Source: Candidatus Thermofontivivens primus (GTDB taxonomy: Bacteria > Sysuimicrobiota > Sysuimicrobiia > Sysuimicrobiales > Thermofontiviventaceae). Taken from it: a DNA stretch of 54,010 bases. Location: positions 1 through 54,010 of the forward strand of contig JAVKJW010000015.1 of the NCBI GenBank assembly GCA_031458695.1, read 5' to 3'. Each line of letters begins with the position of its first letter. Position 1 is the first letter of the stretch. Below the pieces are notes generated by a model, which saw nothing but the letters and a program-made list of their open reading frames with translations, was not told where the DNA came from and did no database searches. The position numbers and the translations under genes were made by a program. Of this stretch, positions 53,056 to 54,010 are shown in pieces.

Positions 53056-53261
53056 TCTCGGTCACCTCATCTCCTCGGCGTTTAGCCGGACAAAGTTCTA
53101 TCTGAATTTTCGTGGTTCTCCCCTCTACTTCCTTCTGGGCTTGGAGGAAAATCTACGGAGGGGAGGAGATCAAGATATTGGAGAGGAGGCGGAATGAGGA
53201 TACAAGATCTTCCAGAGGGAGAGGGCGCAGGATAAGGAATGTAAGGGATGGGAAAAAGCCC

Positions 53262-53513
53262 CTAAAAGGGAATCGCTTCGATCCCCTTGATCTCCGGCAC
53301 GGCCTCCTTCAGCATCCGCTCGACACCGGCCTGAAGGGTCAGGAGAGAGTACATGCATCCTACGCAGGCGCCTGCAAGCCGGACCTGGACGATTCCCTCG
53401 ACGATATCGACGAGCTCGATGTCTCCCCCGTCTGCCTGGATGTAAGGCCTGATCTGCTCCAAGACCTCCTCAACCCGCGCCCGCAGGTCCCCATTCGTAG
53501 CCGTACTCTCCAT
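53262..53513 (-). CDS. NifU/NfuA-type Fe-S carrier domain protein
   Basis: IRPYIQADGGDIELV and GACVGC motifs. GGAGG RBS before ATG 53513 (alternative 53540). Confidence 0.92.
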   Translation of the reverse strand: MESTATNGDLRARVEEVLEQIRPYIQADGGDIELVDIVEGIVQVRLAGACVGCMYSLLTLQAGVERMLKEAVPEIKGIEAIPF

Positions 53514-53574
53514 CTGGAACCTCCCTTGAACTTCGGACATCACACCATCCCTCCCCATATACCACTCAAGAGGG

Positions 53575-53955
53575 TCACGATTCCAGAGATTGTGGGTGGT
53601 CACAGGGGTCCGGCTCCCCTGGATCGTCCACGGCCTTAAACGAGTGCCCGCATCCGCAGGTGGAGACCGCGTTGGGGTTCCGGACCGTGAACCCTTCCCC
53701 CATCATCGAGCGCACATAGTCGATCTGGGCTCCACGGAGCAGGTGAAGGGTCAGTGGGTCCACGAGGACCCGGATGCCATTGGCCTCAATCACCTGGTCA
53801 TCCTCCCGGCGCTCGCGATCAAAAGCCATCCCGTAGGTGAATCCCTCACATCCCCCCTTGGCCACGTACAGGCGAAGGCAGAGGTCTTGTTCTTGTTGTT
53901 CAGCGAGAATCTCCTGGATCTTCCTCGCAGCGCGCTCTGTGATCGCAATCACCAT
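53575..53955 (-). CDS. A-type Fe-S carrier (IscA/HesB/ErpA family)
   Basis: ITERAA, GGCEGF.Y and NPNA..TCGCG.SF motifs. Confidence 0.93.
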   Translation of the reverse strand: MVIAITERAARKIQEILAEQQEQDLCLRLYVAKGGCEGFTYGMAFDRERREDDQVIEANGIRVLVDPLTLHLLRGAQIDYVRSMMGEGFTVRNPNAVSTCGCGHSFKAVDDPGEPDPCDHPQSLES

Positions 53956-54010
53956 TTCACCTCCCCTGAGGGCGCACTCTAGAAACTATAAAGATAGTAT
54001 ATCGCAAACT

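Overview
GC-rich bacterial chromosome segment, mostly housekeeping genes, with Terrabacteria-like regulatory signals (T-box, ARG boxes, sigmaH-like promoters); the taxon cannot be fixed from the sequence alone. No transposase, integrase, prophage or CRISPR array was seen. Genes include an aminotransferase, an amine dehydrogenase-like protein, comF, ahcY, rpoD, dnaG, an EF-G paralogue, class I lysS, folC/folD, HU, carAB, hrcA-dnaJ-prmA-rsmE, murJ, rpsT, an ANTAR response regulator, nadE, amtB-orphan-flotillin-glnA, holA, comEC, thrS, peptide and polar amino-acid ABC components, tRNA-Val(GAC), a secreted-peptide/HD-GYP pair and nfuA/iscA-like genes. The main points of interest are: (1) an unexplained ~350-nt structured RNA upstream of lysS whose motifs look like a circularly permuted raiA-motif core (comparison from memory, untested); (2) an ANTAR antitermination circuit with two dual-hairpin/terminator leaders, one ahead of the regulator and nadE, one ahead of amtB-orphan-flotillin-glnA; (3) a candidate sigmaH-driven sRNA; (4) a small secreted Cys2 peptide paired with a membrane HD-GYP protein; (5) a dispersed REP-like palindrome family. 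Start codons were chosen by eye from RBS position and family N-termini. Protein families are recognised from motifs, not database searches.
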